Positions 48,984 through 56,710 of a stretch of 64,000 nucleotides of DNA are shown in pieces (positions within the stretch are counted from its first letter, which is position 1; every line of letters starts with the position of its first letter). The stretch comes from an uncultured Oscillospiraceae bacterium (GTDB lineage: Bacteria > Bacillota > Clostridia > Oscillospirales > Oscillospiraceae), in assembly GCA_934615645.1 (NCBI GenBank), contig CAKTTR010000001.1, positions 15,475 through 79,474 of the forward strand, given 5' to 3'. Under the pieces are notes generated by a model that ran no database searches, had not been told where the DNA came from, and saw only the letters and a program-made list of their open reading frames with translations. The position numbers and the translations under genes were made by a program.

Positions 48984-49084
48984 GTAGGGAGCCCTCCTTG
49001 GCCGGAAATTTGGATGGGTCTATTATAGCAGGCTGGAGGGCGGCTTGTCCAGCGTTCCCGAAAAATTTTGCGGCAGTTTTCAGA

Positions 49085-49113
49085 TTGCTTTTCCCGCCCA
49101 GCTCTGGTATCAT
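49085..49113 (+). promoter_or_regulatory. promoter of the EamA transporter gene
   Basis: TTGCTT 49085-49090, 17 nt, TGgTATCAT (TATCAT 49108-49113). Confidence 0.5.
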
Positions 49114-49142
49114 AGAAAGTCGGAAAGGCGGGATTTTGAGAG

Positions 49143-50054
49143 ATGAAACGCAAACAGACCATGACCGGCGTTGCGCTGACGCTGCTGGGCGGCTGCTTTT
49201 GGGGGCTGTGCGGCGCGTGCGCCCAGTATTTGTTCCGGACGGAGCATGTGACTTCGAATTTTCTGGTGCCCTGGCGGATGACGCTGGCCGGGGCGCTTCT
49301 GCTGGGCTGGCATCTGGTTCGCAGCCCAAAGCAGCTGCTGGGCCCGTGGAAGTCAGGCCGGGATGCGCTGCAGCTGCTGCTTTACGCGATCTTCGGCATG
49401 GCCATGTGCCAATACGCCTATTTTGCGACGATCGAGCTCTCCAATGCCGGGACGGCGACGGTGCTGCAATACGCCGCGCCTGCGATGCTGCTGCTGGTGG
49501 TCTGCTGCCTGGAGCGGCGCTGGCCGGGCCGGGTGGAGGTGCTGGCGGTGGTCTGCGCTTCGGCAGGGGTCTTCCTTTTGGCGACCCATGGGAATTTCGG
49601 CACCCTGGCCATCTCCGGCAAGACGCTGGCCATGGGGATGGTCGCGGCCCTGGCGGTGGTTGCTTATAATCTGCTGCCCCGGCGGCTGCTGCAGCGCTTT
49701 TCCGCGCCGCTGCTGCTGGGTTGGGGCATGTTCCTGGGCGGCCTGCTGCTCTGCGTGACGCTGCGGCCGTGGCGGTATCATGTCGCGCTGACGCCGCGCC
49801 TGGCTTTGTGTATGGCGGTGATCGTACTGGTCGGGACCATCGGGTCCTTTACGCTGTATATGATGGGCATGAAGCGCATCGGGCCGACGAAGGCGGCGCT
49901 GTATGCCTGCATCGAGCCGGTGGCGGCTGCAGTGCTCTCTGCCGTCTGGCTGAAGGTCCCGTTTACGGGGATGGACCTGGTGGGCTTTGCCCTGATCCTC
50001 TCTACGACGGTGATCCTGGCAGTGCCGGATCTGAAAAAGGGCGCGGCAGCGTAA
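49143..50054 (+). CDS. EamA/DMT-family transporter (10 TM)
   Basis: Two EamA repeats, hydrophobic throughout. Confidence 0.85.
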   Translation: MKRKQTMTGVALTLLGGCFWGLCGACAQYLFRTEHVTSNFLVPWRMTLAGALLLGWHLVRSPKQLLGPWKSGRDALQLLLYAIFGMAMCQYAYFATIELSNAGTATVLQYAAPAMLLLVVCCLERRWPGRVEVLAVVCASAGVFLLATHGNFGTLAISGKTLAMGMVAALAVVAYNLLPRRLLQRFSAPLLLGWGMFLGGLLLCVTLRPWRYHVALTPRLALCMAVIVLVGTIGSFTLYMMGMKRIGPTKAALYACIEPVAAAVLSAVWLKVPFTGMDLVGFALILSTTVILAVPDLKKGAAA

Positions 50055-50085
50055 CGGCAGAAAAGCAAGGCGGTTTGCCCCGTGG

Positions 50086-50114
50086 CCCGGCGGCGGGGGA
50101 CACCCGCCGCCGGG
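50086..50114. terminator. GC hairpin between convergent genes
   Basis: CCCGGCGGCGGG / CCCGCCGCCGGG perfect 12-bp stem, 5-nt loop; no clear U-tract. Confidence 0.5.
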
Positions 50115-50120
50115 TGCGGC

Positions 50121-50288
50121 TTAGCTGCCCATCAGCCGGTCTGCCGCGTCGCTGACGGTCTGCTCCACAGAGTCCGCCGCTTTTTGCATGGCCTGCCGGA
50201 TGGCGCACTGCCGGGGCAGCATCAGCGCGACGGTCGCACCTGCTGCCATGCCGAGCCCAACGGCGGTGAAAAAGGCACCTGTCTTCAT
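50121..50288 (-). CDS. small (55 aa) membrane-anchored protein, not in the ORF track
   Basis: Hand translation MKTGAFFTAVGLGMAAGATVALMLPRQCAIRQAMQKAADSVEQTVSDAADRLMGS: one TM plus an amphipathic helix (YtxH-like flavour). GAAGGTGAG RBS about 5 nt upstream. Confidence 0.5.
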   Translation of the reverse strand: MKTGAFFTAVGLGMAAGATVALMLPRQCAIRQAMQKAADSVEQTVSDAADRLMGS

Positions 50289-50371
50289 ATGCTCACCTTC
50301 CCTTCCCCGCTGTTAGTATGACCGGCGGGGCGGGAAATATGGCTGGAATCATGCGGCAGTGAAAAAGGTAT

Positions 50372-50399
50372 TTGGCATTGGGAAATTTTGTGTTATAAT
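50372..50399 (+). promoter_or_regulatory. promoter of the OMPDC-like operon
   Basis: TTGGCA 50372-50377, 16 nt, TATAAT 50394-50399. The about 95-nt leader has stems GGCGGGACGC/GCGTTCCGCC (50418-50440) and GCGCC/GGCGC (50441-50453). Confidence 0.55.
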
Positions 50400-50499
50400 A
50401 GCCGCAAAGAGGTGTAAGGCGGGACGCAAAGCGTTCCGCCGCGCCAGCGGCGCGATGCGTTTTAAAGCGATTCTGCGGGTGTGGAAGGGAGTTTTTACG

Positions 50500-51426
50500 A
50501 TGTCAATCGATGCATTGCAGGCGAAGATCCGAAAACTGAAGAATCCCTCGATGATCGGGCTGGACCCGACGGTGGAGCTGCTGCCGCCGCATCTGCTGGA
50601 GGAGGCGTATCGCGCCCATGGTCAGAGCCTGGAGGCATTGGCCGCGGCGTATGAGACATTCTGCGGCGAAATTTTGCAGGCGCTGCAGGGCCTTGTCCCG
50701 GCGGTGAAGGTGCAGAGCTATTGCTTTGACGCCCTGGGCAGCTGCGGCATCGCGGCGATGCAGCGTTTGCTGCGCAAGGCGCAGCGCCTGGGCTTTTATG
50801 TGATGCTGGACGCCAATTACAGCAGCGTCGGGCATATTTCCCAGCTCTATGCCGCCGCCGTCTTCGGCGGCCTGCGGACGCCGGACGGCGCTTGTCTGCA
50901 ACCCTATGCCTGCGACGGGCTGAGCATCAACCCGTATCTTGGCAGCGACAGTGTCAAGGCGTTTTTGCCCTATTGCAAGCAGCAGGGGAAGAATCTGTTC
51001 CTCTGTGTCAAGACCTCGAATAAATCCTCCCGGGAGGTGCAGGACCTCATCTCCGGCAACCGGATGGTCTACAGCGCGGTGGCAGATCTTGCCATGCGTT
51101 GGAGCATCGACCTGTTCGGCAAAAACGGCTACAGCGAGCTGATCGCCGTGGTCGGCGCGCCGTATCCGCAGGTGCTGCGGGCGCTGCGGCAGCAGTATGA
51201 CCGGCTGTTTTTCCTGGTGCCGGGCTACGGCGCCCAGGGTGGGACGGCGAAGCATGTCAGCGCGGCGTTCACGGCGGCAGGCCGGGGCGCGATCGTCAGC
51301 GCGTCGCGCAGCGTGATCGGCGCCTGGCAGAAGACCGGCAGCGACGGCCGCGACTGGGCCCAGTGCGCGCAGGACGCGGCGTGCAAAATGCGGGATGATT
51401 TGGCAAAATATGTGACGGTGATTTAA
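50500..51426 (+). CDS. type-2 orotidine-5'-phosphate-decarboxylase-fold protein with degenerate catalytic DxKxxD motif
   Basis: Colinear with type-2 PyrF (IGLDP, AVKVQ, phosphate gripper LVPGYGAQGG), but the DAKRGDIG catalytic block reads DANYSSVG (Lys and second Asp absent). Start ATG 50500 behind GGAAGGGAG. Confidence 0.75.
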   Translation: MSIDALQAKIRKLKNPSMIGLDPTVELLPPHLLEEAYRAHGQSLEALAAAYETFCGEILQALQGLVPAVKVQSYCFDALGSCGIAAMQRLLRKAQRLGFYVMLDANYSSVGHISQLYAAAVFGGLRTPDGACLQPYACDGLSINPYLGSDSVKAFLPYCKQQGKNLFLCVKTSNKSSREVQDLISGNRMVYSAVADLAMRWSIDLFGKNGYSELIAVVGAPYPQVLRALRQQYDRLFFLVPGYGAQGGTAKHVSAAFTAAGRGAIVSASRSVIGAWQKTGSDGRDWAQCAQDAACKMRDDLAKYVTVI

Positions 51427-52568
51427 TGATGACGACGATCTACTTCATCCGCCATGCAGAGGCGGAGGGGAACTTATACCGGCGGCTGCACGGCCAGCAT
51501 GACACGCTGCTCACCCCCGCCGGAGTGCGGCAGGCGGAGGCGCTGCGCCGCCGCTTCGCCGGAGTGCGGCTGCATGCCTGCTACGCCAGCGATCTGAACC
51601 GGGCAGTGCAGACGGCGCTGCCGGTCTGTAAGGACCATCGGCTGCGGCTGCGCCGGGAGCCGGCATTCCGGGAGGTATGCTTCGGCACGTGGGAGGACCA
51701 GAGCTTTGGCACGCTGGAGCATCTCTACCCCGAGCAGATGCGCGTGTTCCGCCAGAATATGTGGGCCTGGCAGGCGCCTGGAAGCGAGACGCTGGAGCAG
51801 GCCACCGGGCGCTTTATCGAGGCGCTTCGGGCGGTCGCGGAGCGCCATGCGGGTCAGACGGTGGCGATTTTTACCCACGGCGCGATCCTGCGGGCTGTGC
51901 AGGCGGAGCTGTTTTTTACGCGGCAGACGATGAACCGGGCGGGCCGGTGTGATAACACCGGCGTGAGCCGGGTGCAGTACGAGGGCGGCCGGTTTACGCT
52001 GGATTATCTCAATGACAACGCACATCTGGACCTAGCCCTTTCGACGCAGAACCGGCTGGACAGCCTGTGCCAGCGCAGCGCTTCTCTGGGGGAGGACTAT
52101 AACCTCTGGTTTGAGTTAGCCCAGGACGGCGGCGCGCTGTATATGGACCTGCGCCGCCAAAACTGGGTGCAGCGCTGCGGCACGCTGACCTGGACGGACG
52201 CGGCGGCGGTCGAGGCGCAGATGCGCGCCATCCTGGCGCGGGCACCGAATACGCTGTACTATGCCAGGCAGGGGCAGGCGTTGGTCGGCGCGCTGCTGCT
52301 GGAGCCGGAGCAGGAGCAGGATTACGGCGTGATCCGTTATCTTGGCGTGCTGCCGGAACGGAAGTACCGCGGTTTTGCTGTGCAGCTGCTGGGCCAGGCT
52401 GTCAGCCATTGCCGCAGCCAGGGCAAGAGTAAGATCCGCTGTACGATCCCCGACGGCGATTATACGACGGTCCACTTCTTTGAAAAGTACGGCTTTCGGC
52501 CCCGCAAACAGGCGGGGGGCGAGCGGTGCTATGAGCTGTCCATTGCTCTGCCGCGGCAGCCGGGGTGA
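51426..52568 (+). CDS. histidine phosphatase (PGAM-like) fused to a GNAT acetyltransferase domain
   Basis: IYFIRHAEAEGN RHG motif, FTHGAILRA second His; C-terminal GNAT (VIRYLGVLPERKYRGFAVQLLGQAV..FFEKYGF). TAATG overlap with the preceding gene. Confidence 0.8.
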   Translation: MMTTIYFIRHAEAEGNLYRRLHGQHDTLLTPAGVRQAEALRRRFAGVRLHACYASDLNRAVQTALPVCKDHRLRLRREPAFREVCFGTWEDQSFGTLEHLYPEQMRVFRQNMWAWQAPGSETLEQATGRFIEALRAVAERHAGQTVAIFTHGAILRAVQAELFFTRQTMNRAGRCDNTGVSRVQYEGGRFTLDYLNDNAHLDLALSTQNRLDSLCQRSASLGEDYNLWFELAQDGGALYMDLRRQNWVQRCGTLTWTDAAAVEAQMRAILARAPNTLYYARQGQALVGALLLEPEQEQDYGVIRYLGVLPERKYRGFAVQLLGQAVSHCRSQGKSKIRCTIPDGDYTTVHFFEKYGFRPRKQAGGERCYELSIALPRQPG

Positions 52569-52636
52569 GAAAACGGCGGCGCTCCCATGCTGCCCAGCAA
52601 AAAACGGAAAATGAAAACGGGAAAACAAAAAAACGT

Positions 52637-52682
52637 AAAAGGCATCCGGCTTTCTGCCATAGCAGGGGCTGGATGCCTTTTG
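52637..52682. terminator. bidirectional terminator
   Basis: AAAGGCATCC / GGATGCCTTT stem with flanking A/T runs, between convergent genes. Confidence 0.7.
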
Positions 52683-52685
52683 TGT

Positions 52686-53159
52686 TTACGCGGTCTGCGG
52701 GCCGGGGGCGGTGCGGCTTGCGCCGCGGTCCGTCGCTGGAGTATCGCCGGTGACCATGTCGGCGGTGCCGGTGCCTCGGACGAGCTGGCCCGGGCGGCCA
52801 CTGGCCGTGTCTGCCCGGCCGTCTGCCGGGAGATTCCGGGCGCCGCTGCCTGCGTCGGTCTGACTGTCATTCTGGCCGCCTGTCGGGCCATTGGCTGCGG
52901 CGTTGTCCTCGCTGCCGTCGCCGGGGGCCTGGGAATCGGGGGCGGTGTCGCCGTCCGGCATGGCGCTGCCCAGGTCATCGTCCGGGCTGGTCGTAGCGCC
53001 GTCGTCGGTGTTGGGGCGGTCTGTCGGCGCGTTGTCCGGCATATCGGAGCCGATGCTGCCGGAGTCGGAGCCGGAGACGTTGCCGTCGGTCGTGGCGCAG
53101 CCGGTGAACAGGCACAGTACCACGGCCAGAACCGCGATCAAAATGCTCAATTTTTTCAT
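52686..53159 (-). CDS. low-complexity (D/G/T/S/P/A-rich) lipoprotein
   Basis: MKKLSILIAVLAVVLCLFTGC lipobox; remainder acidic and disordered; GGAGGGACAACC RBS. Confidence 0.7.
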   Translation of the reverse strand: MKKLSILIAVLAVVLCLFTGCATTDGNVSGSDSGSIGSDMPDNAPTDRPNTDDGATTSPDDDLGSAMPDGDTAPDSQAPGDGSEDNAAANGPTGGQNDSQTDAGSGARNLPADGRADTASGRPGQLVRGTGTADMVTGDTPATDRGASRTAPGPQTA

Positions 53160-53297
53160 GGTTGTCCCTCCTGTCATTTGCTTCAAGCATGGGCTTAGTA
53201 TTTGCCGCGCCGCGGGTTTTAGCCTTGCCAAAATATACCAGAGGGAAAAATCGCCGCTGCGTGCGGGAGACTCTGTTTTGAAAAAATTTGACGCTTG

Positions 53298-53332
53298 AAA
53301 AAAGGGCCCTGCCGCGCGGCAGGGCCCTTTTT
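53298..53332. terminator. terminator after the CHAP/SLH gene
   Basis: GGGCCCTGCCG / CGGCAGGGCCC stem with AAAAAA upstream and TTTTT downstream. Confidence 0.8.
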
Positions 53333-53348
53333 GTAAACTAGGGAAGGA

Positions 53349-55439
53349 TCAGCGTTTTACATTTTTGCAAAACTGCATCAGGATCGTCGCGACCTGCTCC
53401 CGGGTCGCGCTGCCCTGGGGATCCAGGTAGGTCTGGCCGCCGCGCAGTGTGCCGGAGATCAGGCCGAGGGAGACGGCGTCCGCCAGCGCGTTGCGCGCCC
53501 AGGCAGAAACGCGGCCCGCGTCGGGATAACGGCTCAAATCCGCAGGCGTCCAGGTGCGCGAGACGCCCAGGACCTTTTGCGCGTAGCCCATCAGGATTAC
53601 CGCGATCTGCTCCCGTGTTACCGGAACATTGGGTGCAAAGGTCGTCGCGCTCATCCCGGAGACGACGCCGGTCTGGTATGCCCAAAGCACGGCGTTTTTG
53701 TACCAGTCCTGCGTCAGATCTGTAAACGGCGCTGCGCCGCTGACGCTTGGCGAGCCGCTCAGGCTGTAGAGAATTTGGACGATCTGCGCCCGGGTCGTGG
53801 CGGTCTGCGGAGCAAACCGGCTGCCGCCGACGCCGTACATCAGGCCGTTGGAGACGCAGTAGTCGATCCCGGCATGGGCCCAGTTATTAGCGCCCGGGAC
53901 ATCGGTGAATCCGGCGCTTGGGCAGGTGAGCTGCGCAATGGTCTCCGTCCGCGTCGCGCTGCAGCGGGTGCAGGTATAGCGCTTGACGCCGGGGGCGGTT
54001 TCCGTTGCGGGGGTCGTGACCACTCCGGCGTCCCAGTTGTGGTCCAGCGGGTTGGTGTAATCGCTGCGGTAGGAGTCGCCGCAGGTGCAGGTGTATGTCG
54101 TATACCCCTGTTCTGTGCAGGTCGGCGAGGTGACGGTGCTTGTGTACTGGTGGATATGCTCTGCGGTGACCGTGAAGTAGACCCTGCTGGTCTCCGTCGA
54201 GTAGTCCTTAAATTTCGTATTCTTTGCCAGCACTGTGACATAGTACCGGCCCGGCTTTGAGATTGTGCAGGTGTCACTCCTGGCGGTCGACTCGAAATTG
54301 GCAACGAGGGAGTCGTCCTCCGAGCGAATCCGCATCAGATACCATCTCTCATCCATCACGCCCTGGAGGGGGCTTTCGGTCCACTGTACGGTAAAGCGCG
54401 TCTTGGCACTTACCACAGACGGAATGGTGATCTGCACTGCGGCGGGCCTTGCAGGTTTGACATAATTGATGGTGTACAGGCTGAACAGCTGGGCCTTGCT
54501 GTTGTCACTGGTGTGCGCCCAGTTGCCGTACAGCTGCATCTGCGTCCCGGCGGCAGAGGAGCCGTCTTTGCAATCGAGCACGAGCCAGTTGCCAGCCGTG
54601 ACCGAGTCCTTGGCGATCAGTTTGAAAATACCGTTGTAGCTTTTGATGTACCATTGGAAGCGCGTCGCCCGCTGGCCAGCAAAGGGGGCGGTCGTCACCT
54701 TCGCCTGCGAGGCGCAATTGCCTTCGTAGGTGAGGTATTCCTCGTTGAACATATTCTGGACATAATAGCTGCCGTCAGCTTGGCGGATAAAACGCCAGAT
54801 CTGAGCTGGGTCATTGGCATTGTTGGTGCGGGAGATCGTCACGTTCCAGCTATTGGAGTCATAATAATTCGTCCCGATATGCTTCCAGCTATCTGACCGA
54901 ATGAGCAGGCGGTAGACGTCTGCGCCGATGTTGTCAAAGGTCGGTGCCGGGGTCACGCTGGAAAAGTCCGGGCGGATCACGCCCCAGTAGGTGTTGTCAA
55001 ATTTGTCATATCTCACATTTGTGACATTGACGACATATTGCCGGTCGGCATAATTTTGATGCCAGGTGCTGTAATCCGATTCGTAGATTGCGACATGGCC
55101 GGCTTCATTTTTGACGCTCGGATTGTAGACTAGGATATCGCCCTTCTGGGGCTGGACGCCCTGGAGCCGCTGCCAGCCGGACGGGAGTGCATTCGTGCGG
55201 TACTCCTTGGCGTAACCGCCAGGGGAGGTCTGGCCGAGGTATTTGTAGTAAAAGCAGATCAGGTCGACACATTGGGCGCCATATGCGCCGTCGTAATCCA
55301 GGGGCTGCCCGGCTTTGCTTCGGACCCAGTTGATCGCGTCATCGGCGGTTTTGCCGCCTGTAGAGGCCGAGGCTGCCGTCGGCAGCAGGGAGAGGGCCAT
55401 CAGCACAGCCAGCGCCAGGCTAAGTACACGTTTTTTCAT
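53349..55439 (-). CDS. secreted cell-wall hydrolase: CHAP amidase/peptidase + ricin-type lectin-like + Ig/Fn3-like + Cys-rich module + 3 SLH repeats
   Basis: Signal peptide MKKRVLSLALAVLMALSLLPTAASA; CHAP (GAQCVDLICFYYKY..GHVAIYES); QIWRF..YYVQN beta-trefoil-like repeats; C-x-C-rich HIHQYTS..CTCGDSY..YTCTRC; C-terminal SLH (FTDVPGANNWAHAGIDY.., FTDLTQDWYKNAVLWA.., YPDAGRVSAWARNALA..). Confidence 0.8.
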   Translation of the reverse strand: MKKRVLSLALAVLMALSLLPTAASASTGGKTADDAINWVRSKAGQPLDYDGAYGAQCVDLICFYYKYLGQTSPGGYAKEYRTNALPSGWQRLQGVQPQKGDILVYNPSVKNEAGHVAIYESDYSTWHQNYADRQYVVNVTNVRYDKFDNTYWGVIRPDFSSVTPAPTFDNIGADVYRLLIRSDSWKHIGTNYYDSNSWNVTISRTNNANDPAQIWRFIRQADGSYYVQNMFNEEYLTYEGNCASQAKVTTAPFAGQRATRFQWYIKSYNGIFKLIAKDSVTAGNWLVLDCKDGSSAAGTQMQLYGNWAHTSDNSKAQLFSLYTINYVKPARPAAVQITIPSVVSAKTRFTVQWTESPLQGVMDERWYLMRIRSEDDSLVANFESTARSDTCTISKPGRYYVTVLAKNTKFKDYSTETSRVYFTVTAEHIHQYTSTVTSPTCTEQGYTTYTCTCGDSYRSDYTNPLDHNWDAGVVTTPATETAPGVKRYTCTRCSATRTETIAQLTCPSAGFTDVPGANNWAHAGIDYCVSNGLMYGVGGSRFAPQTATTRAQIVQILYSLSGSPSVSGAAPFTDLTQDWYKNAVLWAYQTGVVSGMSATTFAPNVPVTREQIAVILMGYAQKVLGVSRTWTPADLSRYPDAGRVSAWARNALADAVSLGLISGTLRGGQTYLDPQGSATREQVATILMQFCKNVKR

Positions 55440-55522
55440 ACGCCATCTTCTTTCTTCAGGGATTTTGCAGGGATCGCAGCGTCCGGGCGTATCACATGCC
55501 AGGCTGCTAGATTCTACAGATG

Positions 55523-55551
55523 AGAATACACACAAACCGCATCTTTGTCAA
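55523..55551 (-). promoter_or_regulatory. promoter of the CHAP/SLH gene
   Basis: On the - strand TTGACA (55546-55551), 17 nt, TATTCT (55523-55528). Confidence 0.5.
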
Positions 55552-55624
55552 GCTGGGGGACAAGCTGGGGGAAATAATTCTGTGTACTGCCGTTGTAAAA
55601 AATAGTTTTTCTTGAAAAAATCCC

Positions 55625-55653
55625 TTGCAATTTCCGATTGGCTGTGCTATTAT
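55625..55653 (+). promoter_or_regulatory. tRNA-Arg promoter
   Basis: TTGCAA 55625-55630, 17 nt, TATTAT 55648-55653, about 27 nt before the tRNA 5' end. Confidence 0.6.
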
Positions 55654-55679
55654 ATCTAAGCACCTTGTGAGGTGTGTAT

Positions 55680-55756
55680 GCGCCGGTAGCTCAGTTGGAT
55701 AGAGTGACTGGCTACGAACCAGTAGGTCGGGGGTTCGAGTCCCTTCCGGCGTACCA
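55680..55756 (+). tRNA. tRNA-Arg (anticodon ACG), CCA encoded
   Basis: Acceptor GCGCCGG/CCGGCGT, D-arm TAGCTCAGTTGGATAGAG, anticodon stem ACTGG/CCAGT with loop CTACGAA, T-arm GGGGGTTCGAGTCCCTT, 3' ACCA. Confidence 0.93.
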
Positions 55757-55788
55757 AAGACCCATGAGTTTTTCTCATGGGTCTTTTG
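55757..55788. terminator. terminator after tRNA-Arg (also faces the small - strand ORF)
   Basis: AGACCCATGAG / CTCATGGGTCT 11-bp stem, TTTTT loop, TTTT tail. Confidence 0.85.
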
Positions 55789-55811
55789 CTTTGCTCAGGC
55801 GCGGCCTGCGG

Positions 55812-55976
55812 TCACAGATCGTCGGCGTCCTGCACTGGGATCTCATCGCGGTGGACGGGGCAGCCGGTCCAACTGCCCTGGGGGTCAGTTTGGTTGGATT
55901 GGAAGTTTGTCATTGGACCGGAAAAGGGCGCCGCCTGCCGGGGCGGCGTGGGGGTCTGCTGCTTTTTTTGCTTCAT
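55812..55976 (-). CDS. small (54 aa) hypothetical protein, not in the ORF track
   Basis: Hand translation MKQKKQQTPTPPRQAAPFSGPMTNFQSNQTDPQGSWTGCPVHRDEIPVQDADDL; GGAGGAACACC RBS directly upstream; the ORF ends just before the bidirectional terminator. Confidence 0.55.
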   Translation of the reverse strand: MKQKKQQTPTPPRQAAPFSGPMTNFQSNQTDPQGSWTGCPVHRDEIPVQDADDL

Positions 55977-56086
55977 GGTGTTCCTCCTGGATGATAAAAA
56001 TTACAGGCGCTGCGGCATAAATACCGCGGCGCCTGTTTATACTCTCCGGAGAAGGAAGCTTTCATGCGGAAAACTGGAGGAAATCT

Positions 56087-56710
56087 ATGGATTTTTTAAC
56101 TTCTGAAACATGTCAAAATCTGGCCCGCAGCTTTGCCGGGGAATCGCAGGCCCGGACGCGCTACCAGCTGGCCGCCGCCGTCGCCCGGCGGGAGGACCTG
56201 GAGGTCGTCGCCCGGATTTTTGAGACGGCGGCGGCCAACGAGCTGGCCCACGCCCAGGAATTTATGGAGCTGCTCTGCAAATGGAACCGGGGCGGCCTGG
56301 AAAACCTTCCTATTTCGGCAGGCTATCCCTATGTGCTGGGCACGGTGGCGGAGAATTTAAAAGCCGCCCAGGCGGGCGAATGGGAGGAGCACAGCGATGT
56401 CTACCCGGCCTTCGCTGCGGCAGCGGAGCGGGAGGGCTTTGCCGATGCCGCCCGGCTGTGGCGGGGCATCGCCGTGGTAGAGGGCGTGCATTACGAGGTC
56501 TTCCGGCAGTGCGGCGCGCAGCTGGAGGCCGGGCAGCTCTTTGCCAAGGCGTCGCCCATCGTCTGGCGTTGCGCCAACTGCGGCTATACCTATACGGCTG
56601 CGTCTGCAGCGCTGACGTGCCCTGTCTGTGGCAAGCCAGTGGGCTGGATGCTGGGCGATATCGAGACGCAGCCGCCTGCCTTGATGGCTGATCACAAAAA
56701 CAGCAGATAA
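56087..56710 (+). CDS. rubrerythrin
   Basis: Ferritin-like four-helix diiron domain (ESQARTRY, ELAHAQEF, EWEEH, VEGVHYEVF) + C-terminal rubredoxin-like CANCGY..CPVCG; GGAGG RBS. Confidence 0.9.
   Translation: MDFLTSETCQNLARSFAGESQARTRYQLAAAVARREDLEVVARIFETAAANELAHAQEFMELLCKWNRGGLENLPISAGYPYVLGTVAENLKAAQAGEWEEHSDVYPAFAAAAEREGFADAARLWRGIAVVEGVHYEVFRQCGAQLEAGQLFAKASPIVWRCANCGYTYTAASAALTCPVCGKPVGWMLGDIETQPPALMADHKNSR

Noticed and set aside
50406-50499. PyrR-type attenuator in the leader of the OMPDC-like gene
   Set aside because: The leader has two stems, but its CAAAGAGGTG is only a weak resemblance to the PyrR binding loop (ARUCCAGAGAGGYU). The second stem is separated from the T-run by 6 nt, so it is not a convincing terminator.
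55549-55572. Tandem 12-bp direct repeat CAAGCTGGGGGA x2 (and GTTTAGAA x2 at 13654-13669)
   Set aside because: There are only two copies with no spacers, so it is not a CRISPR array or minisatellite. Both overlap promoter -35 regions and are probably slippage duplications.
55992-56006. Fur/PerR-like box TGATAAAAATTACAG upstream of rubrerythrin
   Set aside because: Only about 10 of 14 half-site positions match the 7-1-7 TGATAAT-N-ATTATCA consensus, in an AT-rich patch. It is plausible for a PerR-regulated rubrerythrin but not supportable from sequence alone.
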